A DNA stretch of 29,968 bases from Gemmatimonadota bacterium (GTDB taxonomy: Bacteria > Gemmatimonadota > Gemmatimonadetes > Longimicrobiales > RSA9): NCBI GenBank assembly GCA_040905425.1, contig JBBDRO010000067.1, forward strand, positions 51,760-81,727, written 5' to 3'. The translations under genes and the position numbers were made by a program. The notes under the pieces are model-generated. The model saw nothing but the letters and a program-made list of their open reading frames with translations, had not been told where the DNA came from and did not search any database. Below are positions 1-8,719 of the stretch, one piece after another (positions within the stretch are counted from its first letter, which is position 1; each line of letters begins with the position of its first letter).

Positions 1-17
1 GGTCCAGCGGAGGAATG

Positions 18-84
18 GCCTCACCTGGCGCGGCGGGTTCGGCGGGCTCGGATCAGGAACGGCGCCTCACCTGGCGCGGCGGGT
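18..84. repeat. 21-bp direct repeat GCCTCACCTGGCGCGGCGGGT (18-38 and 64-84) duplicating the 3' end and stop codon of the adjacent gene
   Basis: Exact copies read directly. A further degenerate partial copy (GGTCCAG...GAATGGC) lies at 1-19, matching 82-99. Confidence 0.85.
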
Positions 85-912
85 CCAGATCAGAATGGCT
101 CCGCAGTGCGCGCGCGGGTGCGAGTACTGCGGCGGGGTCTCCAGGCGGCTGCGATAGATTTCCACCCCCTCGATCTCGACCGGATCGATGAAGTTGACCA
201 TCCCGTTCATACTGAGTTGAGGCGCACCGTCCAGGTAGATGACCGGCGGACACTCGAGGACCCGCACGTCTTCCCGCCGATCTCCTTCCCGGGTTGTGTC
301 CGCCGTGGTGTAGGCCTCGAAGTTCGCGGGCAGGCGCACGCGGCGAACGGTGATGGCCAGCCCGTTGCTGCCCAGTCCGGTCCGGCGGATCGCCACGCCC
401 GGAACCGTGGCGAGCAGATCGGTGAGCGAGCCGGGCGCACGCTGCTCGATTTCCGGCCGCGTGACGTATCGCCCCCGCCCGCTGGCCACCCGCCTATAGA
501 AATCAGCCACGAGCCAGCTGTCCACCACCATCTTGCGCGTGGCGGTGGTTTCCAACCCCTCGAGCTCCACCGGGCGCGTGTCCACCAGCAGCAATACGTC
601 CAGCTCCTGATCCTTCGACAACGCCACGGTATCGGTCTGCGTGGTCTCGTACCCCAACCGCTGGGAGGCCAAGTAGTATGCACCTGGCCCGGGTGCGCGC
701 AGGACGAATCGGCCCCGCGGGTCGGTCAGGAAACGCGCGCGTGCCGAGCCGTCCAGATCGAAGAGCGTGACGACCGCCTCCTCCACCGCTTCACCGCTGG
801 CCCGGTCGCGCACCGTGCCGCGGACGATCTGCCCCGCCGCGGGAGCAGCCGAGGCAAGGGCGGCGGCGCCCAGCAGAAGGGTGGCAAATGTGCAGATCGG
901 TAGTCTGGGCAT
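67..912 (-). CDS. Secreted protein with carboxypeptidase regulatory-like domain and TonB-dependent receptor plug-like domain (no beta-barrel)
   Basis: Signal peptide. N-domain 'VRGTVRDRASGEAVEEAVVTL...TDPRGRFVL...PGAYYL...RLGY'. Plug-like 'YVTRPEIEQR...LTDLLATVPGV...PVIYLDG...IDPVEIEGVEIYR...GAILIWTR'. Confidence 0.8.
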   Translation of the reverse strand: MPRLPICTFATLLLGAAALASAAPAAGQIVRGTVRDRASGEAVEEAVVTLFDLDGSARARFLTDPRGRFVLRAPGPGAYYLASQRLGYETTQTDTVALSKDQELDVLLLVDTRPVELEGLETTATRKMVVDSWLVADFYRRVASGRGRYVTRPEIEQRAPGSLTDLLATVPGVAIRRTGLGSNGLAITVRRVRLPANFEAYTTADTTREGDRREDVRVLECPPVIYLDGAPQLSMNGMVNFIDPVEIEGVEIYRSRLETPPQYSHPRAHCGAILIWTRRAR

Positions 913-983
913 GGCTGTTTCCCCGGATTCTCATGGGTCGCGACACACCACCGCGTTCGGGCCGGGCGGTTCTGGAGGCTTCT

Positions 984-991
984 ATTATAAT
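984..991. promoter_or_regulatory. Putative -10 element in the divergent intergenic region (ATTATAAT reads TATAAT on both strands)
   Basis: Perfect TATAAT in an AT-richer spacer between divergent genes. No convincing -35 seen. Confidence 0.5.
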
Positions 992-1255
992 CGCTCAGCC
1001 TCCCCGAATGTTCCATACATGATGCAGCCCGCGTGCCCGACGAGCGGAGCGCCGACTTCTCTGCGGTCTCACTTCCACCTGTACGATTTTCAGCCACATG
1101 CCTGGATTTCGGGCACTTCCGGAGGCGAACCTTACTACCGATAATGTTGGCGCACAAGATATTTCACGTGACCCAGCGGTCGGCATGGACCTTGTCTTTA
1201 TTTACTGCACGCCAGAAGGCCGGACGCCTCCGCAGCCGACACCCAGGAGCACAGC

Positions 1256-3490
1256 ATGGCAAGAGTCGAGAATCCCGTTGCGCAGCACTGGCCTGACCTG
1301 TGGGTCCTGGATGTCCTGCGTGAGGCAAAGCGCTACGAGGACACCGATCGGCCGATGCTGGAGCGGCTCATGCAACGGACGGCCTGGCAGGCGGCCGTAG
1401 CCGCTCGATTGGCCACCGATGCCTGGCTTCTGGAAGCTGTGGCCGCGCGCTATGGGCTGGCCGCCCACACCCTGGAGGCTCCGGATCGGGCCGCCGCCGA
1501 GCTGCTGGACGAGGGCTTCGTCCGGCAGCAGCGCGCGGTGCCGGTGGCCATGAGGGATCGCGTACTGGTGCTCGCCGCGGCCGACCCCCTGCCCCTCGAG
1601 TTGGAGCGCCTTGCGGCATTCGCCGCCGGGTGCCGGGTGGAGGTGGTGCTGGCCTCACCGGACGCGATCGACGCGGCCATCGAGTTGCTCTACCCGAGCA
1701 GCAACGAAGTAGAGCGGCTCGTGTCCACGCTGACGCGTGAGCAGGACGAGCCGGGCGCCGCACCGGCCGGGGGGCTGGACGTGATCCGCCTGGTGGATGC
1801 GCTCATTGTGGACGCGATCCACCGCCGGTCCACGGAGGTCCACCTCGAACCGGATGAAGCGGGCATGGCGGTGCGCTACCGGGTGGATGGCGTGCTGCAC
1901 GAGGCGGTGCGCGTTCCGCGCCCCTGGGTACGGGCCCTGGTCAGCCACGTGAAGGCGCTGGCAGGCATGGACATCGCCGAGCGGCTCCGTCCGCAGGACG
2001 GCCGGGCGCAGGCACGGGTCGACGGCAACCAGGTGGAGCTGCGCGTCTCCGCGCTGCCCGTGCTGGGGAGCGTCGAGAAACTGGTCATTCGCCTGGCCGA
2101 GGCGGACGCGGGCACCCGTACCTTCGAGGAACTCGGCTTCTCCCTGGCCGAGCGGGCCCGCATCGAACGGATGCTGGCCGCCGAGGACGGCCTGATCCTG
2201 GTGGCTGGTGCGGCGGGTAGCGGCCGGACAACCACGCTCTACGCGGCACTGAGACGCTACCAGTCGGCCGGTCACGAGCTGGTGACGGTGGAGGATCCCA
2301 TAGCGTGTCGTCTGCCGGGTGTGACGCAGGTACAGGTCAACGAGCGCGTGGGCCTCACCTACCCCCACGCGCTCCGCTCCGCCATGCGCCAACATGCCGA
2401 CGGATTGCTCGTGGGGGAGCTGGGTGACCTCCAGACGGCCGACCTGGCGGTGGAAATGAGCCTGTCCGGCCGCCGTGTGATCTCGTCCGTGGCAACCCCC
2501 GATGCGTCCTCGGCCATCCTGCGCCTCATGGCCATGGGGGTGGAAGCCGGTGCGCTGGCCGCCTCCCTGCGCGGCGTGGTGGCGCAGCGCCTGGTGCGCC
2601 GCGTGTGCACGGCCTGCCGTGAACCGATACAGCCGGGCAACCTCCCCACGGCGCAGCGAGCGTGGCTCGCGGACACCTTCGTCCAACAACTCTACCGGGC
2701 GGTCGGCTGCCCCAGGTGCCAGGACACCGGCTACTACGGGCGTACGGTAATCGCGGAAGTGGCCATGGTCACGAGCACGATCGCGAACGCCATCGGACGG
2801 CGGGCCGACGCCGAGGAGCTCGCCGAGCTGTGCGGCGCCGCCGGCATGCTCACGCTGTGGGAATCGGGACTGGCACGGGTGGCGGAGGGTTCCACCACCA
2901 TGGAGGAGCTGCTGGAGACGGTGCAGCCACCGGGATCGGCCGACAGCGAGTCCGGGAACACTTCCTCACCCGTGCGCCTCCGCATGGTGCGTCGAGCCCT
3001 CGAAACCATCCTGCGGGAGGCCCCCGACGACAGCGGCGGTGGGAAGACGATCGTGTTTCCTGTGAACCGCCGCCAGGAGACCGCCAACCTCTCAGAGGTG
3101 GACCATCCGCTCGTCCTGGTCGTGGAGGATGACCTGGCGGTGAGAAACGTGCTGCGCATGGGTCTGGAGCGGGAGGGATTCCGTGTGGATGACTTGGCCG
3201 ACGGACGCGCCGCGCTCCGCTATCTGCAGGGTCACAGCCCCCGCGCGGTGGTGCTGGACCTGACGCTGCCCAGGGTGGATGGTATCGGCGTGCTGCAGGC
3301 CATGAAGGCCGGCGTGGCCCCACAGGTCCCGGTGCTGGTGCTCACCGGCCAGGACGATCCCGACATCGCGGCGTGGACGGAGGAACTCGGTGCCGCCGGC
3401 TTCATTTCCAAGCCCGTCACACCCCGTACGGTCGGCGTCCGGCTGCGCTCGCTGCTGGCGGACCAGCCCGCTCCGGCGCTCACCGGATGA
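1256..3490 (+). CDS. GspE/PilB-family secretion ATPase-like protein (T2SSE_N domain, degenerate ATPase) with C-terminal response-regulator receiver domain
   Basis: 'EVHLEP', 'VRYRVDGVL', 'ERLRPQDGR', 'TVEDPI', 'VVAQRLVRRVC', Zn motif CTAC...CPRC, 'TGYYGRT'. Receiver motifs 'VLVVEDD', 'VVLDLTLPRVDG', 'VLVLTG', 'FISKP'. AGGAG RBS upstream. Confidence 0.92.
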   Translation: MARVENPVAQHWPDLWVLDVLREAKRYEDTDRPMLERLMQRTAWQAAVAARLATDAWLLEAVAARYGLAAHTLEAPDRAAAELLDEGFVRQQRAVPVAMRDRVLVLAAADPLPLELERLAAFAAGCRVEVVLASPDAIDAAIELLYPSSNEVERLVSTLTREQDEPGAAPAGGLDVIRLVDALIVDAIHRRSTEVHLEPDEAGMAVRYRVDGVLHEAVRVPRPWVRALVSHVKALAGMDIAERLRPQDGRAQARVDGNQVELRVSALPVLGSVEKLVIRLAEADAGTRTFEELGFSLAERARIERMLAAEDGLILVAGAAGSGRTTTLYAALRRYQSAGHELVTVEDPIACRLPGVTQVQVNERVGLTYPHALRSAMRQHADGLLVGELGDLQTADLAVEMSLSGRRVISSVATPDASSAILRLMAMGVEAGALAASLRGVVAQRLVRRVCTACREPIQPGNLPTAQRAWLADTFVQQLYRAVGCPRCQDTGYYGRTVIAEVAMVTSTIANAIGRRADAEELAELCGAAGMLTLWESGLARVAEGSTTMEELLETVQPPGSADSESGNTSSPVRLRMVRRALETILREAPDDSGGGKTIVFPVNRRQETANLSEVDHPLVLVVEDDLAVRNVLRMGLEREGFRVDDLADGRAALRYLQGHSPRAVVLDLTLPRVDGIGVLQAMKAGVAPQVPVLVLTGQDDPDIAAWTEELGAAGFISKPVTPRTVGVRLRSLLADQPAPALTG

Positions 3491-3556
3491 CCGGCACTTC
3501 CCGCGCATGCCATGAAGACCCGTGCGCGCCGCGCCCCGATGTCATACCGTTGAAAC

Positions 3557-4147
3557 ATGCGCAGGCTGCCACTGTTCATTCTGCCGGTGGTCCTCTTACC
3601 GGGCACTCTCATGCCGCTGCATGTCTTCGAGCCGCGCTACCGGCAGATGGTGGCCCGCTGCCTGGAGGGAGACAAGCGGTTCGGCGTGCTCTACCACGAC
3701 GCGCAGCGGCTCGGGGACTTCCAGATCCAGATCGGGCGCGTGGGATGCGTGGCCGAGATCCTGGGCTTTCAGCCTCTCCCTGATGGCCGCTCGGTCATTC
3801 TGGCGCGCGGCGTGGCCCGCTTTCGCGTGCTCGACGGCATCGAGTCGGATACGCTCTTCCACGAAGCCCTGGTGGAGATCGTCAGGGACGAGGAGGAGTT
3901 CCATGTTGCGTTGCGCGCCCGGCGCGACCGGTCCCTGTCACTCTTCGCTGCCGCCGTTCGGCGGCTGGGGGGCCCGGGCAAGGCGGTGCCCGAACTTCAG
4001 ACCGGTCAGGATCTCTCCTGGCAGCTGGCCGGAGCGGTGGACATCGATCCGACCTGGAAACAGCGGCTGCTGGAACTGCGCGCGGAGAGCGCGCGGCTGG
4101 ACGAGATCGACAGCGTGCTTCGATCGGTGGCCGAGGAGGAGCCGTAG
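3557..4147 (+). CDS. Stand-alone Lon peptidase N-terminal substrate-binding domain protein
   Basis: 'LPLFILPVVLLPGTLMPLHVFEPRYRQMV', 'VGCVAEI', 'LPDGRSVILARGVARFRV', 'KQRLLE'. No AAA+ or protease domain. Confidence 0.9.
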   Translation: MRRLPLFILPVVLLPGTLMPLHVFEPRYRQMVARCLEGDKRFGVLYHDAQRLGDFQIQIGRVGCVAEILGFQPLPDGRSVILARGVARFRVLDGIESDTLFHEALVEIVRDEEEFHVALRARRDRSLSLFAAAVRRLGGPGKAVPELQTGQDLSWQLAGAVDIDPTWKQRLLELRAESARLDEIDSVLRSVAEEEP

Positions 4148-4195
4148 CCGCGGGCGGTGCGAGGGGACGTCGCTTGAGATCCCTGTAGAATCAAC

Positions 4196-4225
4196 GGAGG
4201 GCCGCCCCGTATGGGACGGCCCTCC
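4196..4225 (-). terminator. Intrinsic terminator-like hairpin between convergent genes
   Basis: Minus-strand GGAGGGCCGTCCC-ATAC-GGGGCGGCCCTCC (13-bp stem, one G-U) followed by GTTGATTCT, just downstream of the S9 peptidase stop. Confidence 0.75.
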
Positions 4226-4248
4226 TTGCTAGCGGAGTGCGTGCGCGC

Positions 4249-6846
4249 TCAGCCGCCCGAACCGTCGGAAATGATCTGCGGATCGGCTGTCCGCTGGTCG
4301 GCGTTCTTGACCCAGTAGTCCAGCCAGGCCGTCCACCGGGCCCACAGGTCCAGCGTGGTCTCGCGGGTGGCGGGGCCATGGTCCTCATACGGATACATGT
4401 ACATGGCCGCGGGCTTGCCCAGCCCGTTCAGTGCGTGGAACATCTTCTCCGAGTGGATCGGCGCGGTGCCCACGTTCTGATCCATCTCACCGTGGTACAT
4501 GAGCAGCGCGCCGCTCATGTTGTTGGCGAAGAGGAACGGGGACATGGACAGGTAGACTTCGCGGGCCTCCCACAGGTCGCGCCGCTCGCTCTGGAAGCCG
4601 ATGGCCGTGAGCGTCCGGTTGTAGTTGCCGTCGCCCGCGATGCCCGCCTTGAAGAAGGGCGTGTTGACCATTGCATTGGCGGTGCTGAACGCGCCGTAGC
4701 TGTGGCCGCCGGCGGCCAGGCGGGTGCGATCGATGACGCCCTCCCCGTCCAGCTTGTCGATGACCGCGTAGAGGTTGTTGCGCAGGTCGTGGACGTAGTT
4801 GTTATTCGGCAGGTCCTCGTCGATGATGGGCGCGTCCGGCTCCACCACCGCGTAGCCGTGCTTGATCAGGAAGTCCATCGAGCGCGCGCCCACGTTCGGG
4901 AACGAGTTCTTGTTGAAGCGCTCGTGCGTCCGGTCGTAGTCCTCCTGGTCGTCATACTCCCGCGGGTAAAACCAGAAGATGGCGGGCAGCTTCTGCCCCT
5001 GTCGCCAATCCGCCGGCACCGTCACCTGCGTCCTGAAGGTGATGCCGTCCACGCGCTCCACGTCGTACGTGAGCCGCCGGGCGTTGGTGATGTCAGGATG
5101 GTAGTCCACGTTGTTGGTGAGCTGGCGCAGCTCGCCGGTCTGCAGGTTCTTCAGATAGGACTGGCCGATCTCCGTGGGGGATTCGCGCTGCACCATCAGC
5201 GTGGTGAGCGCGTCATCCATGATCTCGAGCACGCGCTCGCTGACGCCGTTGTTGTCACCCTCGTAGATGCGCTCCTTCTCACCGCCCCGGATGGTGATCC
5301 GGTCGATGAAAGGATGCGGCGCGTTTTCCTGCGGGTCCTCGTAGTACTTGGTCCCCTGCAGGTAGGCGCCGGTGCGATCCGGCGAAAGGCGCACCACGCT
5401 CACACCCATGTCATTGCGGGTGCTGAGCAGACTGCCCTGGTCCTCGGTGATCGACTGGCGGCCGCCGCCCTGACGCCGGTTGATGGTGTGCTTGGTGAGC
5501 TCCGGATCGTCCAGGTAGACGGCGTACTCGTGAGAGCTGCCGCCGCTTCCCTCGGTGACGAACAGCAGGTTCGAATCCTCCGAGAAGCGCGCGGACTGCA
5601 TCTGCCCGGTGGTGCGGTAGATCTCCGTGGCGCTGGCGTCATCGAAGGGCGGGGCCCACACGAACAGGCGGTCCATGCGGCGCGGGCGCTGACTCTCCTG
5701 TTCCTCCTGTTCCTCCTGCTCCTCACCGGCGGCCGTCGAATCCGGGGCCGGGTCCCGCTGCAGGTATGTCAGGGAGCTACCGTCGATGTGCCAGCTCAGG
5801 CTGCGCTTGGGCGCCTCCTCGTCCTCCTCGTCATCATCGTCGCCGCCGGAGATGCCGGTGCGGATCTCCCGCGTGGAGATCTCCTGCAGCACGTTGCCGT
5901 CCGCGTCCCAGAGCTCCTCCGTGGAGCCGAAGCTGCTGACGGGCACGATGTAGGAGAAGGGCTCCTGCATGGTCGTGACGCGGAAATGCTGCCCGTTCGG
6001 CGCCACGCTCACGCCGGTGATCATGGCCGGCTGCCCGATGGTGCGCACGCGCCCGTTGGCCACGTTGATGCTGGCCAGCTGGGCGGTGGTGTAGTAGCGC
6101 AGCAGGTCCTTATCGTGGGGCGTCTCCAGCAGGCTGGCGTAGACGCGCAGCCGGTTCTCACCCTCCTCGGTGACCTTGAGCTTGGGGGTGGTGGGCGCGG
6201 CGGGCGCCACGGGCTTGGCGCCACGGTTCTGGGGCACCACCAGCGCGCCGATGGCGGAGCCGTCCGCCGTCCAGTCGAAGCCGGTGTACTCCACCGGCAT
6301 GAGGGCGCGGTCCGTGACCCGCTCGGCGCGGCCGTTGCTGGTGTTGGCCACGTACAGGTACGTGGCGTTCGGGAAGTGGGCCATGTAGGCTATCCGGGAA
6401 CCGTCCGGTGACCAGGACGCGCTGGAGATCCCGAGCGAGCCCTGCGGACGCTCGACCACCGTCTTCTGTCCGGTCTCCCAGCGGATGAGCTCGATGGCCT
6501 GGTCGTGGCGGGCGGTGAAGCGCCGGCTCCGGTTGGCCGCCGTGTCCACCTGCAGGCCGCCCAGATACACGTGCGGCCGGGCGTAGTCCGCCATGTCGGC
6601 CAGCCCCTGGCCGACGCTGTTGAGGAAGAGGCTCCCCTCCGGGCTGCGGTTGGAGAGCGTGACGTTCAGGTGGCGGGGAGCGAGCACCGCATCGGCGATC
6701 TCCGGCGGCGGCGTGAGCCACTGCTCGGATGTGAACTCGGCGGGAAGCCCGTTGGCTTCCTGGGCTGCCAGCTGCGGCGCCAGCGCCAGCAGCAGAGCCG
6801 CGCATGCGCCAAGGGACGCCGCGCTGCGGGGGAAGGGGTGCCTCAT
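4249..6846 (-). CDS. Secreted S9 family prolyl-oligopeptidase-like peptidase (S9D glutamyl-peptidase-like)
   Basis: Nucleophile motif GGHSYGAF, 'HGEMDQNVGT' Asp, 'YPYEDHG' His, propeller repeats 'WSPDG/WTADG'. Start moved to ATG 6846 (GGAGG RBS, signal peptide follows). Confidence 0.92.
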   Translation of the reverse strand: MRHPFPRSAASLGACAALLLALAPQLAAQEANGLPAEFTSEQWLTPPPEIADAVLAPRHLNVTLSNRSPEGSLFLNSVGQGLADMADYARPHVYLGGLQVDTAANRSRRFTARHDQAIELIRWETGQKTVVERPQGSLGISSASWSPDGSRIAYMAHFPNATYLYVANTSNGRAERVTDRALMPVEYTGFDWTADGSAIGALVVPQNRGAKPVAPAAPTTPKLKVTEEGENRLRVYASLLETPHDKDLLRYYTTAQLASINVANGRVRTIGQPAMITGVSVAPNGQHFRVTTMQEPFSYIVPVSSFGSTEELWDADGNVLQEISTREIRTGISGGDDDDEEDEEAPKRSLSWHIDGSSLTYLQRDPAPDSTAAGEEQEEQEEQESQRPRRMDRLFVWAPPFDDASATEIYRTTGQMQSARFSEDSNLLFVTEGSGGSSHEYAVYLDDPELTKHTINRRQGGGRQSITEDQGSLLSTRNDMGVSVVRLSPDRTGAYLQGTKYYEDPQENAPHPFIDRITIRGGEKERIYEGDNNGVSERVLEIMDDALTTLMVQRESPTEIGQSYLKNLQTGELRQLTNNVDYHPDITNARRLTYDVERVDGITFRTQVTVPADWRQGQKLPAIFWFYPREYDDQEDYDRTHERFNKNSFPNVGARSMDFLIKHGYAVVEPDAPIIDEDLPNNNYVHDLRNNLYAVIDKLDGEGVIDRTRLAAGGHSYGAFSTANAMVNTPFFKAGIAGDGNYNRTLTAIGFQSERRDLWEAREVYLSMSPFLFANNMSGALLMYHGEMDQNVGTAPIHSEKMFHALNGLGKPAAMYMYPYEDHGPATRETTLDLWARWTAWLDYWVKNADQRTADPQIISDGSGG

Positions 6847-7138
6847 GACTGCCTCCGAAAGGTGGGAGCTGGGTCCGTCAGGTTGCCGAAGGGGAGGCGG
6901 CATTCCACCGCCTCCCAGAAGACGCCCGAGGGCCGCCGCGCGTTGGCGAGGAACGAGCGGGGCGGCCGGGGAAGGCCGGGATTCATGCGCATCCAGGACC
7001 TTCGGGAGTGGATACATAAGAGGATGCGGAGAGCGCTCACGCAAGGCCGGATGCCCGGACGGAAGATCGCCACGGCGGCCGTGACGCTATATAACTTCAG
7101 GGAGTGTTGTGGTAGGTTTCCCCCGGCCAGGATCTGTT

Positions 7139-8710
7139 ATGCGACGTCTCCGCTCCCTCCTTCCGGCGCTCTTCACGTGGCTCGCGGCGGCCTGCGGCGC
7201 CGGCGGCCTGGATCCCGATGACCGGGTCCGGCTGGTTGCCCTGGTGGTGGTGGACCAGCTGCGGCCGGACCTGATCGAGCGCTACGATGACCTCTACACG
7301 GGCGGCATGCGCCGGCTGCTGGACGAGGGCCACGTGTTCCCCGAGGCTACCCACGCGCACGCCGCCACGGAGACCGCGCCGGGCCATGCCACCCTGGCCA
7401 CGGGGGCGCACCCCGCGCGGCACGGCATCGTGGGGAATTCGTGGTACGAGGAGCGCGGTGGCGAGTGGGTGAGCGTCTACTCGGTGGAGGACACGCTGGC
7501 GGCCATCCTGGGCGATCCCACCGCGCCGGGGCGGTCGTACCGAAATCTGCTGAGTGACGGGCTGGCCGACTGGGTCCGGGCAGCCGACCCGGAAGCGCGC
7601 GTGGTGTCCATCTCCCGGAAGGACCGCGCCGCCGCCACCATGGGCGGACGGGGCGGCAGCCAGGTGTACTGGGTGTCCGCGGCGCTGCCCGGCCTCACCA
7701 CGTCCACGGCGTATCGGGATTCCCTGCCCGGCTGGATCCAGGCGCTCAACGCGGGGCCGGTGGGCCAGCTGGCGGCGCGCCGCGAGTGGCTGAACGAGAG
7801 CCCGCCGCGGGCGTGGGCGCGCAGCCGCCCCGACACTGCCTCGTACGAAGGCAACGGGCGCGAGACCGCTTTTCCGCATGCGGGGAGCTCGGCGTCCTGG
7901 GCGCTGACCTCATCGCCGTACGGGGACGAAGCCGTGGCGCTGGCCGCCGTGGCCGCCCTGCGCGAGTTGGAGCTGGGCCGCCGGGACGGCACGGACTTCC
8001 TGGCGGTATCGTTTTCCCAGACGGACGCCGTGGGTCACGCCTACGGCCCCACCAGCCGTGAGCAGCTGGACAACCTGCTGCGCCTGGACCGCCTCCTGGG
8101 TGAGCTGTTCACCGCGTTGGACGAGCAGGTAGGGGAGGACCGCTGGGTCGTGGGCTTCTCCGCCGACCACGGCGTGCTCACCGAGCCGGAGTACGCCGCG
8201 CAGCTGGGAGAGCCCGGCCGCCGCGTGCCACGGGAGGACCGGGCAGCGCTCTCGGATGCCCGGCAAGCCGCCCTGAGCGCCGTGGGGGCCGATGCCACAC
8301 CCACCGAGCGCGCACTACGGCTGGCCGCGGCGGTCACGGAAGTACCGGGTATCGCGGCCGCCTACGCGATGGCCGACCTGCTGGCGAAGGGAGAGAGCGC
8401 CGACACCTTCCTGCCCCTCTACCAACGCTCCTTCCGCGCCGATCGGCGGAACCTGTTCAGCCGCGACCCGGCCGTGGCCATCCGGCGTGCCGAGGGCGAG
8501 TACACGGGTGCGCGCGGCACGGGGCACGGTTCGCCCTACCACTACGACCGGTGGGTGCCCTTCATCCTGCTGGGTGGCGGCGTGCCGGCGGGTACGGGGA
8601 ACGCGGCCGTACGCACGGTGGACATGGCACCCACGCTGGCGGCGCTGGCGGGGATACCGCTACCCGGGGAACTGGACGGACGGGTCGTGCTGCCGGCCGC
8701 GCGGCGCTGA
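7139..8710 (+). CDS. Alkaline phosphatase superfamily protein, PafA/NPP type, probable lipoprotein
   Basis: 'VVVDQLRPD', Thr-nucleophile region 'TETAPGHATLATG', 'SRKDRAA', 'DAVGHAYGP', 'SADHG', 'GHGSPYHYD'. Lipobox-like LAAAC. Confidence 0.92.
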   Translation: MRRLRSLLPALFTWLAAACGAGGLDPDDRVRLVALVVVDQLRPDLIERYDDLYTGGMRRLLDEGHVFPEATHAHAATETAPGHATLATGAHPARHGIVGNSWYEERGGEWVSVYSVEDTLAAILGDPTAPGRSYRNLLSDGLADWVRAADPEARVVSISRKDRAAATMGGRGGSQVYWVSAALPGLTTSTAYRDSLPGWIQALNAGPVGQLAARREWLNESPPRAWARSRPDTASYEGNGRETAFPHAGSSASWALTSSPYGDEAVALAAVAALRELELGRRDGTDFLAVSFSQTDAVGHAYGPTSREQLDNLLRLDRLLGELFTALDEQVGEDRWVVGFSADHGVLTEPEYAAQLGEPGRRVPREDRAALSDARQAALSAVGADATPTERALRLAAAVTEVPGIAAAYAMADLLAKGESADTFLPLYQRSFRADRRNLFSRDPAVAIRRAEGEYTGARGTGHGSPYHYDRWVPFILLGGGVPAGTGNAAVRTVDMAPTLAALAGIPLPGELDGRVVLPAARR

Positions 8711-8719
8711 GGCCGGCGC

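Noticed and set aside
3491..3507. CCGGCAC-N5-GCGCA as a sigma-54 promoter for the Lon-N gene
   Set aside because: The GG-N10-GC spacing fits, but the -12 box is poor and such matches arise by chance in GC-rich DNA.
4237..6411. 724-aa plus-strand ORF and similar long antisense ORFs (e.g. 8807-10309, 21204-22481, 16952-18337, 1655-2689)
   Set aside because: Shadow frames opposite motif-bearing genes, expected at high GC3. No recognisable domains.
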